Shown here: positions 24,001 through 35,500 of the stretch, in pieces
Position numbering within the stretch: position 1 is the first letter of the stretch
How the letters are laid out: every line of letters begins with the position of its first letter
Origin: Mytilus trossulus
Taxonomy: Eukaryota
DNA: 64,000 bases
Direction of reading: 5' to 3'
Assembly: GCF_036588685.1 (NCBI RefSeq)
Contig: NC_086378.1
Coordinates: 82,336,001 to 82,400,000, forward strand
Notes under the pieces: generated by a model
Database searches by the model: none
Told to the model about the DNA's origin: nothing
Seen by the model: the letters and a program-made list of their open reading frames with translations, nothing else
Translations under genes and position numbers: made by a program

Positions 24001-25686
24001 TACTAATGATTGTTTTCCAGGTCAGAATAGAAGATGATATAGCCATAATTACTAATGATTGTTTTCCAGGTCAGAATAGAAGATGATATAGCCATAATTA
24101 CTAATGATTGTTTTTCAGGTCAGAATAGAAGATGATATAGCCATAATTACTAATGATTGTTTTCCAGGTCAGAATAGAAGATGATATAGCTATAATAACT
24201 AATGATTGTTTTCTAGGTCAGAATAGAAGATGATATAGCCATAATTACTAATAATTGTTTTTCAGGTCAGAATAGAAGATGATATAGCCATAATTACTTA
24301 TGATTGTTTTCCAGGTCAGAATAGAAGATGATATAGCCATAATTACTAATAATTGTTTTCTAGGTCAGAATAGAAGATGATATAGCCATAATAACTAATG
24401 ATTGTTTTTCAGGTCAGAATAGAAGATGATATAGCCATAATTACTAATGATTGTTTTCTAGGTCAGAATAGAAGATGATATAGCCATAATTACTAATGAT
24501 TGTTTTCTAGGTCAGAATAGAAGATGATATAGCCATAATTACTAATGATTGTTTTCCAGGTCAGAATAGAAGATGATATAGCCATAATTACTTATGATTG
24601 TTTTCTAGGTCAGAATAGAAGATGATATAGCCATAATAACTAATGATTGTTTTCTAGGTCAGAATAGAAGATGATATAGCCATAATTACTAATGATTGTT
24701 TTTCAGGTCAGAATAGAAGATGATATAGCCATAATTACTAATGATTGTTTTCCAGGTCAGAATAGAAGATGATATAGCCATAATTACTAATGATTGTTTT
24801 CTAGGTCAGAATAGAAGATGATATAGCCATAATTACTAATAATTGTTTTCTAGGTCAGAATAGAAGATGATATAGCCATAATAACTAATGATTGTTTTCT
24901 AGGTCAGAATAGAAGATGATATAGCCATAATTACTAATGATTGTTTTTCAGGTCAGAATAGAAGATGATATAGCCATAATTACTAATAATTGTTTTCCAG
25001 GTCAGAATAGAAGATGATATAGCCATAATTACTAATGATTGTTTTTCAGGTCAGAATAAAAGATGATATAGCCATAATTACTAATGATTGTTTTCCAGGT
25101 CAGAATAGAAGATGATATAGCCATAATTACTAATGATTGTTTTCCAGGTCAGAATAAAAGATGATATAGCCATAATTACTAATGATTGTTTTCCAGGTCA
25201 GAATAGAATATGATATAGCCATAATTACTAATGATTGTTTTCTAGGTCAGAATAGAAGATGATATAGCCATAATTACTAATGATTGTTTTCTAGGTCAGA
25301 ATAGAAGATGATATAGCCATAATTACTAATGATTGTTTTTCAGGTCAGAATAGAAGATGATATAGCCATAATTACTAATAATTGTTTTCCAGGTCAGAAT
25401 AGAAGATGATATAGCCATAATTACTAATGATTGTTTTCCAGGTCAGAATAGAAGATGATATAGCCATAATTACTAATAATTGTTTTTCAAGTCAGAATAG
25501 AAGATGATATAGCCATAATTACTAATAATTGTTTTCCAGGTCAGAATAGAAGATGATATAGCCATAACTGAGAATGGAATGGAACTTATGACATGTGTTC
25601 CTAGAACTGTGGAAGAGATCGAGAGATTAATGGAGGAGGGTAGGAAACAACCACCAATACCTCTCCCACAGGACATGAAAAAGTGA
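3060..25686 (+). CDS. PEPD: Xaa-Pro dipeptidase (prolidase, M24B). Exons 3060-3079, 5164-5341, 5871-5998, 6651-6714, 7134-7181, 8153-8214, 8989-9033, 9521-9596, 10403-10449, [12220-12288 or 12322-12390], 13261-13338, 13891-14039, 14513-14697, 15315-15422, 15894-15977, 25540-25686
   Basis: Spliced ORF is in phase across all GT-AG junctions. Prolidase motifs [13 protein letters not shown] and [10 protein letters not shown], plus all five metal-ligand motifs: LFDMG, SDIT, PHGLGH, TIEPG, GGVRIEDD. C-terminal [11 protein letters not shown]; AATAAA near 25730. Confidence 0.96.
3710..5140 (+). mobile_element. 5'-truncated non-LTR retrotransposon (LINE ORF2 C-terminus, 3'UTR, (TTTG)n tail) in PEPD intron 1
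   Basis: ORF 3658-4797 has [44 protein letters not shown] and CKLC...[14 protein letters not shown] repeat tail at 5125-5140. 5' boundary is approximate. Confidence 0.85.
7157..7470 (+). repeat. 40-bp tandem array x8 containing the PEPD exon 5 3' end and splice donor
   Basis: Unit AAACCCAGCAGTCCTGTTAACATTG|GTAAGT-N9. Donors at 7182, 7222, 7262, 7302, 7342, 7382, 7422; the last copy is mutated. Confidence 0.95.
8491..8773. mobile_element. Foldback MITE (~280 bp imperfect palindrome)
   Basis: GATTGCATTGA..TGTAGGTAAAGGTAATATCTTTGGT..CTTGCTAGCTGAACC is mirrored by GGTTCAGCTAGCAAG..ACCAAAGATATTACCTTTACCTACA..TCAATGCAATC. Confidence 0.8.
12047..12282 (+). repeat. 82-bp tandem array x3 containing the acceptor and most of PEPD exon 10a
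   Basis: TGATTTCAG|TTTATTCAAGCATTACTG... begins at 12056, 12138 and 12220. Only the last copy has the GTAAGT donor. Confidence 0.93.
12220..12288 (+). CDS. PEPD: PEPD exon 10a, (S)[22 protein letters not shown](T)
   Basis: 69 nt, ttcag|...|gtaagt, phase 2-2, fits exons 9 and 11. Confidence 0.85.
12322..12390 (+). CDS. PEPD: PEPD exon 10b, (S)[22 protein letters not shown](S), putative mutually exclusive alternative
   Basis: 69 nt, ttcag|...|gtaagt, same phase as 10a, many synonymous differences from 10a. Confidence 0.8.
14770..15190 (+). repeat. Interspersed repeat with terminal hairpin (AGATTCCAC...GTGGAATCT), copy 1
   Basis: Reverse-complement match to 16230-16638; shared core GTCATCAGGCATGGT.GCCTTTTTCATG. 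Confidence 0.7.
16230..16638 (-). repeat. Interspersed repeat with terminal hairpin, copy 2, inverted relative to copy 1
   Basis: CATGAAAAAAGGCAACCATGCCTGATGAC core; hairpin at 16508-16637. Ends just before the 49-bp array. Confidence 0.7.
16645..25567 (+). repeat. 49-bp minisatellite, ~156 copies, made of the PEPD last-exon acceptor plus the first 28 nt of the exon
   Basis: Unit TTACTAATGATTGTTTTCTAG|GTCAGAATAGAAGATGATATAGCCATAA. First junction at 16666/7, last (true exon) at 25539/40. (8873-1265)/49 is about 155 intervals. Confidence 0.98.
20138..21396. mobile_element. Non-autonomous TIR DNA transposon (hAT-like, 6-bp TSD) inserted in the 49-bp array
   Basis: Perfect 16-bp TIR CAGAGCTCCAGATAAG...CTTATCTGGAGCTCTG; TSD TGATTG at 20132-20137 and 21397-21402; subterminal ACCCAAT repeats; no long ORF. 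Confidence 0.9.
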
Positions 25687-27449
25687 TTTACAAAGAACTT
25701 TATATACCAGACTGTCTCAAACAGACACTAAATAAACATGTCAAACATGTAGTCCCTAGTCAGTTTTTTTAGGGGGTATGGGTTGCTACACATTTTAAAT
25801 GTATAATGACTAATATAAAATAAATTATAACCAACAGTATTGACCAAATAACTAGGAAATCATGTTTACATTCATGTTTTTTCCATTGTTAATTAACTGT
25901 TTGTAATATCAAGACCAAAATAATACAATCTTTGTTCAGTCATTGAAAATCAGTAAGTTAACATTCCAAAATTAGGGTATTATTTTGATAAATGCTAGTT
26001 GATAGAACATTTTTCTATCTAATATGTCATGATAATTTCATTTAGGATTTTTTTCAGCTTTTAGACAAGTCATCTATAAAATTATTATATATACTATATA
26101 TATATCCAAGATAATGTTAGGCTGTGAAAGTATTCAGTTTCTACTAACTATATCTGATTTTAAACATAATATGTATCTTTCAGTCATAATTATTTTTATT
26201 CAATTACATTTTGCAATTGAATGCACATAACCATATATACAATATGAATAGTATGAAGAGTGTGTGATAAAATCCTTCCACACTCCAACATTTTTAAAGT
26301 ACCAATATTTTAGGATTTTCTTGTGGTTAACTCAATAAAAAATGATGATATAAAAAGAAAAAACATTTATATATTACTCGCCATATATGTAAACCACTGA
26401 ATTAAAAATTGTGGAAATTGTACACTTCTGGACTAGAAAATTATAAAATGCCTACATGTAATACAATGATAATGTGAATTGATGTATGTAAATTATTATA
26501 AAACATCTCAAGTGCCATATTAAAGTATTATTTTCAGTATAATCATCATAATATTTTTTATATTAAGATCCTCCTCACTGTGATATTCAAATAAATATTT
26601 CATCATTGGTGTATTCTTATTCATATTAAACAAAGATACTTGTGTACAAATTGGAAATAAGTATGGCGTTCATTATCACTGAACTAGTATATATTTATTT
26701 ACGGGCCAGCTTTAGGATGCCTCTGGGTGCGAGAATTTCTCGCTACATTGAAGACCTGTTGGTGACCTTCTGCTGTTGTTTTTTTCTATGGTCAGGTTGT
26801 TGTCTCTTTGACACATTCTCAATTTTATTGTTCATCTCCTGTATTAATAATTCTCTCCAAGTACCTGCTAGTTTTTTTGAACAACCCTCAGGTGTCCTGG
26901 GTAAAACTATATGTTTGTTCATCATATCTAGCTATAATATATGACAGTTGCAAGAAATTTGACATGACCCTTCTTTTCTGAATCTGCTTATGGTATACTT
27001 TAGGTTGAAAGTAATATGATAAATTCAAACCAAGAGTTCCAAGTGGTGCAGTTGGAAGTCTACCTCCTAAAATGTTAAGGATGCCACCTACATTATTTTG
27101 ACCCTTATGGAATATCTGTTTCATAGAGAATGACAGATATTTTCCAATTGTTGTAATCACTAACCCATCCTCTTTTCTTTGAAAGTGACCTATTAAATTA
27201 TACCATATCAATGTGTAATGAGCAACACAATGGGTACCACAAATGGACCAGTATTTGCTTACCATTCTGGAGCACCTGAGATCAACTACAGATTTAAGTG
27301 GAGTTCCTGTCGCACAGTCTCTGGTTTTCTATGTTGTGTTGTGTGGTCTCTTTTGTCTTTTGTCTTTTGTTGAGATTTTTTGCCATGTCATTTTTGAATA
27401 ATTAGGATTATATAATGCTTAAAAGTAATTGGAAAACAGACCAAAACAC

Positions 27450-28240
27450 AACAAGAGTGTGCACCTGAAATGTTGCATTTGCTTTACTGTCCATTAAGTC
27501 CTCAATTCAAAAGGTTACTTTAAGTATCACATTACCATGACATAATCCAAGAAAATGAAATCAAGGTCAGACAAACCAAGCAATAAATACATGTATACTT
27601 TACCTTGAAAATTTTATGCTGACCAATGAACCATGAAAATGAGGTCAAGGTCAGATGATCCTGCCAGACAGACCTGTACATCTTATGGTGATTCCATGCA
27701 TCACATAAAATTAAGCAATTGCAGGTCTGATAAAAATTTAACATTGAGCAATGAACCATGAAAATGAGGTCAAGATCAGATGAAACATGCCAGACTGACA
27801 ATTACCCCTTACAATCAATTCATACACCACATATAGTTCACTGTTTATAGTGTCTAAGAAATGGACTTGAGCAACTTCAACCTTTATCCATGAAATGAGG
27901 TCAAGGTCATGTGAAATATGCCTAGACATGTAAACATTGCAAGATACCTTTCTACTTAATTTAGCTATCCGATTACTCATAATAAGTGAGATATTCACCT
28001 GACTAAAAATATTTGTTTTCCAGCGATCACTGAACCATGAAAATGAGTTCAAAAATAATGGATATATAACAGTTGAAACTATGTAACATAACATATCTGC
28101 AAACAAAGTATGATTCATCCAGGTCTTCTACCTTCTGAAATATAAAGCTTTAAACAAATAGCTTACACCCTTGTCTGATTGTAATCCCTAAATATATGTC
28201 TTACTTTCTGCAATCTGTAATCATGTAATCGGCATGATAT
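27450..28240. repeat. Interspersed repeat with internal tandem subunits (GAACCATGAAAATGAGGTCAAGGTCAGA); fragments also at ~35980-36110 and ~46600-46790
   Basis: The motif recurs about five times at roughly 120-140 bp spacing; the element begins AACAAGAGTGTG. Confidence 0.65.
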
Positions 28241-28614
28241 TTGGTGGTTGACAAAATGTAGAAATAAAAAGAGTCCATGTTTAATCATGGGAACCCCAAA
28301 ATTCAGAAGATAAATTAACACAGACAACAGCTACAACTTGTCCTAGTCTTTTAAAGTAATTCAGCTATATTATTTTTTAATAACCTTCCTGTGTGCAACA
28401 GCCCTTTTATCTATTTGATATCAGATTAATACTTGGTCATGTTGGTGAGAAAGAGAGAATAGACGAAAACAATGTTTACCAAAAAAGAGTTCTATGTTTT
28501 TGCCGTACAAAAATTGGTGAACTTATTAACCTCTTGACTTGGTAATTGATACCATAGAAATATATTAATTAAAGATATATGTCATAGATAAAACTAAAGT
28601 ATTTGTTAAAATTT

Positions 28615-31600
28615 TTATTTCTTTTTTTTCTTCTTTCCAGTTACTTCATCTAACAAGTGTTTCATTTTCTTGTCTTTTAATTGATATTCTTTTGATTGTT
28701 TTTTACTTCCTGGTATTGTTTGTTCATATCCTAGTTTCCTTTTATACAATACAGGTTTCTTGGTTTTAGGTTCCTCTTCATCATCACTGTCCTGTAAAAT
28801 AAACAAATACTTAAAATATTTCTCTTCGCTTTTTAAAATATATTACAATATTCAATAGGCTGCTGATAAATACTAATAATGTAAACCAACTTATTTTCTT
28901 GGGTACTTTATTTTGAGTTCAGCCAATTCTAGACTATTTTGCACCTATTTAGTTACACAATTTCCAAATTGACTTGATGTAGATAAGTTAGGAAAAATTC
29001 AAGTCTAACATATTTGAGACAATCTATATTCACAATATTTTTCTTCTCTAGAAAATAAATTACTCTCGTAAAATTAGTGTGTTTACAGTAATATAAACAC
29101 TTTCACAAATATATTATAAGTATGTGTGGCCTTAATGGTTTAGTGGCAGGGTGCTAGTCTCCAAGTGTAGGAGGTCATGGTTTCCATTCTAAGTTGAGCC
29201 TAATGAGACTTGTATTCAATGCTTTACTGCCAAGCATGCTGCATTTATGGGTAAGACCAAAGACTGGTGACACAGAGCCATAGTAATGTGTCCAGGTAGT
29301 TTAATAATATAAAGCAGAGGTCATTATCATATCACAAAAGCATGGTTTTGTTCTGACATATTTAGTTGATGTAATATTTGCAACTGTTATCAAACACTTC
29401 ATCAAATTTATTAGTTCAAACTGAAGAAACCAGGTATGTTTGTGATGATGTATAGGTAACCAGCAAGTGGATGGTAATAAATATTGTTATGTGAATACAA
29501 TTGTATAGCAAACATATCTTGTGATGTAAGCTTACAATTTGTGATGCAAACATTATATGACAAGTTAATGTGAGGTATATATACAAGACTCAATGAAAAA
29601 ATAACAAGAGTGACATGAACAGAATTCTCTTAAGATAAATAAAAAAATCATCAAAACTGTACCTCTAGCTTAAGTTGATTGTCTTCAGCTTTACTACTGC
29701 CTTTCTTCTTTTTATTTCCTGAGGAATCAACTGTAAAATAAGAAGAAATATTATCCCATTTGTCGCAATACAATGATCAACTCATTTAGTTTAATCCAAG
29801 TTAACAATATGATACTAGAGTTAAAACAGCAAGTGTCTTTTAGCATTTTAGCTACAGCAATTTGGCATTTTTTCAGACACCATGTCCTTTTTTTCAAACG
29901 ACATGCCCTTTTTCTTCTGCATGTTGTTTCATGAAGACAATATTTTATATCACTTCCACAAGACTCTACATCAAATCATTCTTACAGTTGGGTGCAGACC
30001 AAGCATTACATGTAAAAGGGTCTAAAAAGTTAACGTGGAGTTTACTCGTGTGCACTTCATGTAAACGCCGCGTTAACTCTGCGTTAACTCTGCATTAACT
30101 TTGAAATTTTAATAGACATAAATAGTAAATAGGCGTTTACTTTCGCATTTACCTCCACGTTAACGCTAAAACCGTGCATCTTCTAATTTTGAAAATAGTC
30201 AACAGGCGTTTACTTATGCGTTTACTTCGCGTTAACGCGAAAAAGGCGTGTCTTCTATTTTTGTTAAAAAAAAGTAAACGCCCATTTACTGTTTGTAGTA
30301 AACGTGCGTTAACGCAGATTGTCCTCATATCCTGGATACACTGACCTAATATATCACATGATAAGGTACATCAAAATTTCCGTGTGTCCTTTTATGATCA
30401 ACATATTGACGATTGCATTTAATGAAAGTGAGTCGATATTTGTACATATAAATTTTGAACAGAAAAAAAGAAAATTCGCTGTTGGAAGTTTTTGGAACTG
30501 ATTTTTTTTTGCATTTAATAAATGTTTATATTTCTAATAAAAAGTATTTTTGAATGTTAAGGTTTTATAATTTTATAATATACACAATTAGTTAAAGTGA
30601 AAAGTAAACACGGGTTTACTTTCAAATGAATGTAAATATACAATTGAGAAATCTGTAGTAAACACCCTTTTACTTTTACGTGCACGTAAAATTAAACTTG
30701 TGAAATCTGAAGTTAACGGCCGTTGACTAAAGGGACACACAGTAAATGCGCGTTTACTCGAGTAGACATTAGAAATATCCATTTTGACTGTGTTAACGTA
30801 AATGAAGTAAACAGGCGTTTACTTTATGTAATGCTTGGTCTACACCCAACTGTAGTTTCAGCAAATGTTACTGCATTAGAGTGATGAAAGTTGCCTGAAG
30901 TAAATGTGTAGTCAATTTATTGCATTAAAATGTCATATTTATATCCAAATTATGTTTGAAGAGAATTGCTTTGGGTCAGGTGAGCTCAAATACAAATATA
31001 AAATTCATGACTTTACAAGGGCTTACAAACCTCCTAAAATCTCTTCGAATAATTTTCTTTTCTTCAAATTGGCATTTAGATTTTCTTCCCAATCTTTCCT
31101 CCGTTGAACAAATTGGAAAATTCCAAAGTTTTTATGAACAAAGAATCCAAATCTGTCTCCCCTAATTTTGTGTTCCTGTTTACCAAGTTCTGTCGCTATA
31201 GCAATTTTCTGGCTTGTATTTACATGTTTCCAAATCATTTCCAATGTTCTGCTGCCATTTTTATTACAAGCAATATCAAGATATTGACCCTGCATTGAAA
31301 CAAAGTGATAAAATAGTGATTATAACAAATGCATGCATTAACCTGCTAAATTAAACATTCATGAAATCAATGAGCTAAGACAACATTTTGTTTTATTCTA
31401 TTGTGTTGTTGGTCTGCTTTTTCATTGACCTAAACCCCTCATCCCTTAAGATACACTCCTATTCCTAACTGTCTTAACTATGACATTAATGTTATCAATG
31501 AAAGTGACAATCATCTTGAGATTCAAAGTTTTATTTAAATTTGATATTCAATAAACTACTTAAACTCTAGTGAGCTTATCAAATCGACTGAATAACTTAT

Positions 31601-32364
31601 TTGTTGCATTGATGAAAATTCTTGAAAACTTTATTATCTGCTGTGATCTTTATTCAGCATAAACAAGAAATTACCTTTATTCTGTTTACAAATGCCTCTC
31701 TACTTTTTTCTCCGATTGTTTTGCTCTGGAAAAATGCATCGACCACATGACTACCACATGGGTTACATGACAAATTCTTCAACTCAACTGGTTTCAGTTC
31801 TAGTAGACTGGTAACCATCTGTTTAGGATTACCAAACTTCAATAAATGTTGAAGTAACATGGATCCATGGTAATTAATATCTGTTAAAACTGGATCTTTC
31901 TTTACTTGTTCTTTCTGAAATATAAACATCGTTAAATCACAAACTATTTATTTTAGGTTTTTTTTTCCAAACTTATTTATTTTTCATCTGGAATTTGAGG
32001 ATTAGAATGAACACAGTAATAACGCCTTATCTTTTGCTTTAGTATTAACAATGATTAAAGGCTGTGAATGTAAAAATAATAATTTCGATGATTCATAGTT
32101 CACTGAAAGCTGAAAAGTGGGATACTATAAACCCTGGTTCATTAGAAAGTGTTTGCACCTCATCAGGACCATGACAGTTGTATGTCAATTATTCTTGTTT
32201 GAAGAGATTGTTTAGGAGGTAGCCAGAATATGTTGACCCAGATAGTTTTAGAATTTGCCTTTAATATATTGTTATTTTCCTTCAGGCCATGGGAAAATAA
32301 TTCATGGTTTCCCCTAACCCGACCGGGTCACTGTTTTACCGCCGGGTCATTCAATTTTTTTGAG

Positions 32365-32405
<41 letters not shown>

Positions 32406-32483
32406 ACAACTAAAAGTGTGTTGGAAGTATGCAAGATTAAAGTTACGCTGTAGAAACAATACATATGGATATAAAATTATGCA

Positions 32484-32522
<39 letters not shown>

Positions 32523-35500
32523 CCTGCCGGGTCTTTAAAATTTTCCCATGTTAGGGGAAACCAACAATTAATTTTCCATGGCCTCAGACATAGATGACCA
32601 GAAAAGTTTAGTCCATAAAGCATGTTGATTTTAGTTCATTTTTATTGTCCCTCAACATTATCTGACAAGATGAGTACACTACTGTGAAAGTACTTTTATT
32701 CGTGGGGTACCAATTTTCGTGGCTTTCGTGGATGACTCTATCCACGAATTTAAGTGTCCAACGAAATGAAACAACCATTGTCCAAATCAAGACAAGAAAG
32801 ATCCACATGTATGTTTGACTACTGATATGATCGAAAGAATGTATTGAATAACGCCAAAAAGAAGTCACAGAACTACACCTGCGTGCAAGATTATACTCAT
32901 TAAATCTTTAATAATCTAAACTGTACAACTTTTAATCTTTTAATTCTCATAAAATATATTTTTGACGATGAAAGTCAGATTTCCGGTATTGGTATGCTAG
33001 TATGATAAAGTGTTCATTTTATATCCTCATAGTTTTTGTACACATGGGAAATAATAATTTCATGCTGGGCTTGATTATGATTAAAATCATTTGACAATTT
33101 AAGATATGTTTATAACATTTGTTAATGTTGCTGTTTTTTTTAGGTGACATGTTTATGGCCTAATTAACACTTTGATGGTATTTAATCTGTTGATCACTTT
33201 ATCTTGGGTTAATTAGTGTTGTCACTAGGATTTACACGGGTTAATGTTTTCTTTGCAATCTCCTTTAATCCAGACTATGTGTAACCTTCGTGTCTAAAGG
33301 CTTTAATTTTTTCAATTTTTTTTTAAGAAAACTAAAATCCACGAATTTGAAAACCCACGAACATGTAAATATTGCTCAAACCACGAAAATTGATACCCAC
33401 GAATTAAAGTACTTTCACAGTATAATAACAATTGAATTGAAAATTGGGAATGTTAATATAATGAGTAAGTGCCTATCGGTGTCACTTTGCACCAATGGAA
33501 GACAAAATGAATGTACCCTTCATATCTTTCAGATAATATTGTGACAAATCTGGACTGATTATTGTTATTATTTAACGTATAATTTATTGTATATTACATG
33601 TATTTATTTGAATATTGCCGGGTGGTCAACTTATCGGGTGTGCACAAACACTGATAAATGCATTGACTTAATTCATACTCATGATTTAAACTATTTGTAC
33701 TTTGCAAGCGATAAGGACCAGTTTTATATGTATATCTTGGTAATGTTTACCTATGAAATACTTTGATTTTCCCGCCATATAGTGATTTATTTTTACAAAT
33801 ATCGTCGTGAGATTCAACTTGTTTACATCTACCATGACACCGTTTTGTACTTTCACTTTGCAATCTCATATTATTATTTGTTTAAGTTAACACTTTATCA
33901 ATGCAGATACATTGCATATTTATTATGTTTGTGCCTCCCTTTTCATTAACATTGTCTATATATATGATAGAACAGGGTTTTCATTGATCTCATTTCAGCA
34001 TTATATTTAGTGGGTAAGGTTATGTAAATTACACCCAAGTTCATACGCCGTATCGAGAAAGGAATTTACTGTCCGTTTAAAAATAGCATTATGTAGAAAT
34101 GTCCTTTTAGTTTCATACGCTTTTAAACATAATTCAGTCACGAAGGACAAAGTTAGGACAACTTAATAATGTTTCTTTACTTAAGAATAATGAAATCTGT
34201 TTGTCTTTATGAACGTTTCTAGCCGAAAGACGTAAGAAACGTTGCTTTTGACTGGACGATAAGTTGTTTACTCTAACGTCTTAGTTAGTGCCAAAAGACA
34301 TAAATAGGAGCCTGTAGACAAACATGGCATTCTGAATCAAGCCTTTGAGCTGTCAACTATCTTTTATATTGACCACCCGATTTATTGGTTATCTGTTGAA
34401 TGATGACTGTGTACTATAGTATTTGATGTTTATATTATATTGAAAGAAGAAGTCAAAATGCGTCTTAAAATAAATACTATTGTTATGTATTACAAATCTT
34501 AGTGTTTCTTCACACTGCCGTTGATTCCACTCCTCCTGAATGATGGTTATAAACTAACAGCCTTATACCAACCCTAGGTTTGTTACAATATGGATAAAAA
34601 TGGTACAAAGGGTGTTACTTTTTAAGTCCTAATTTTATTGTCAGAATAGTATCAGTCATATCTTCTTAAAAAGACATTAAAATAACTTACATCAGTTTTG
34701 TCTTCTTTCTTTTCATCAGTTTCGTCTTCTTTCTTTACATGACTGTCTGTGATACCATAATATATCTCATAGGTAGTTAGTGAGAGCAACAGTGGCGCCA
34801 CCTTGGTTTCTCTTTCTACTGGTTCCAAACAATGAAACGCTGCCTTTAGAGACTACAACAGTAATACAAAATCTTAAAATCAGTAAACAGTTTATACCCT
34901 CAACTATAATATTCCGTCTTTTCTACAAGAAAGATCCATTACAGCTATCTCTTATTTAATTACTTTTATTGTATGTTCTTTATGAACTTTTTGTTTTCGA
35001 CTGCTAAGAGATTGAAAGCGTCAGGGTGGGGTCTCAAAAAACTATATCAGCCCAGAAACATAATCACTTTTGCTAAAAAAAAAATCAATAACAATCCTAT
35101 TTTCATTTTTTTTAATTTTTTTTCAAAAACATCTGAATTCCCAATAGAAACAAAAGAAAATATATCTATTAAGGTAAAGGAACAGTAAATGGTCTATGTC
35201 ACAGATTTTGCTACAAAATTGCATACAACCTTGGCTCGTTCAACTACAACTGAAAATCGAAAAAATAATACATTTATCTCTTTTATTTGCTAAAAAAAGT
35301 TGCAGATTGATTTCTCTTAATATGGGTGAACATTTGTATAGAAAGCACATAAAATCGGCGAAAAACCTTCTAAAATTTGTCTTAAACTCGCCAAATCTCT
35401 AATTCTACTCCATAGATTTTTCTTAAAAAACTATATATTGTTGACACATAAATTTCTGTTTTAATGATATAAAATAATCATAGGGTCACCGACTTCGTTT

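Noticed and set aside
16645-25567. CRISPR-like or coding tandem array
   Set aside because: No unique spacers and no cas genes; eukaryotic context. The 49-bp unit cycles through frames and hits stops.
26840-27265. 125-aa minus-strand ORF between PEPD and NOP9
   Set aside because: Begins inside an interspersed repeat, has no recognisable motif and no splice support.
29124-29200. tRNA gene
   Set aside because: B-box and cloverleaf are decayed, and it is followed by a SINE-like core.
32365-32518. Poly(A) runs as retrogene tails or a poly-Lys ORF
   Set aside because: Internal to a TIR-bounded MITE; homopolymer lengths are unreliable.
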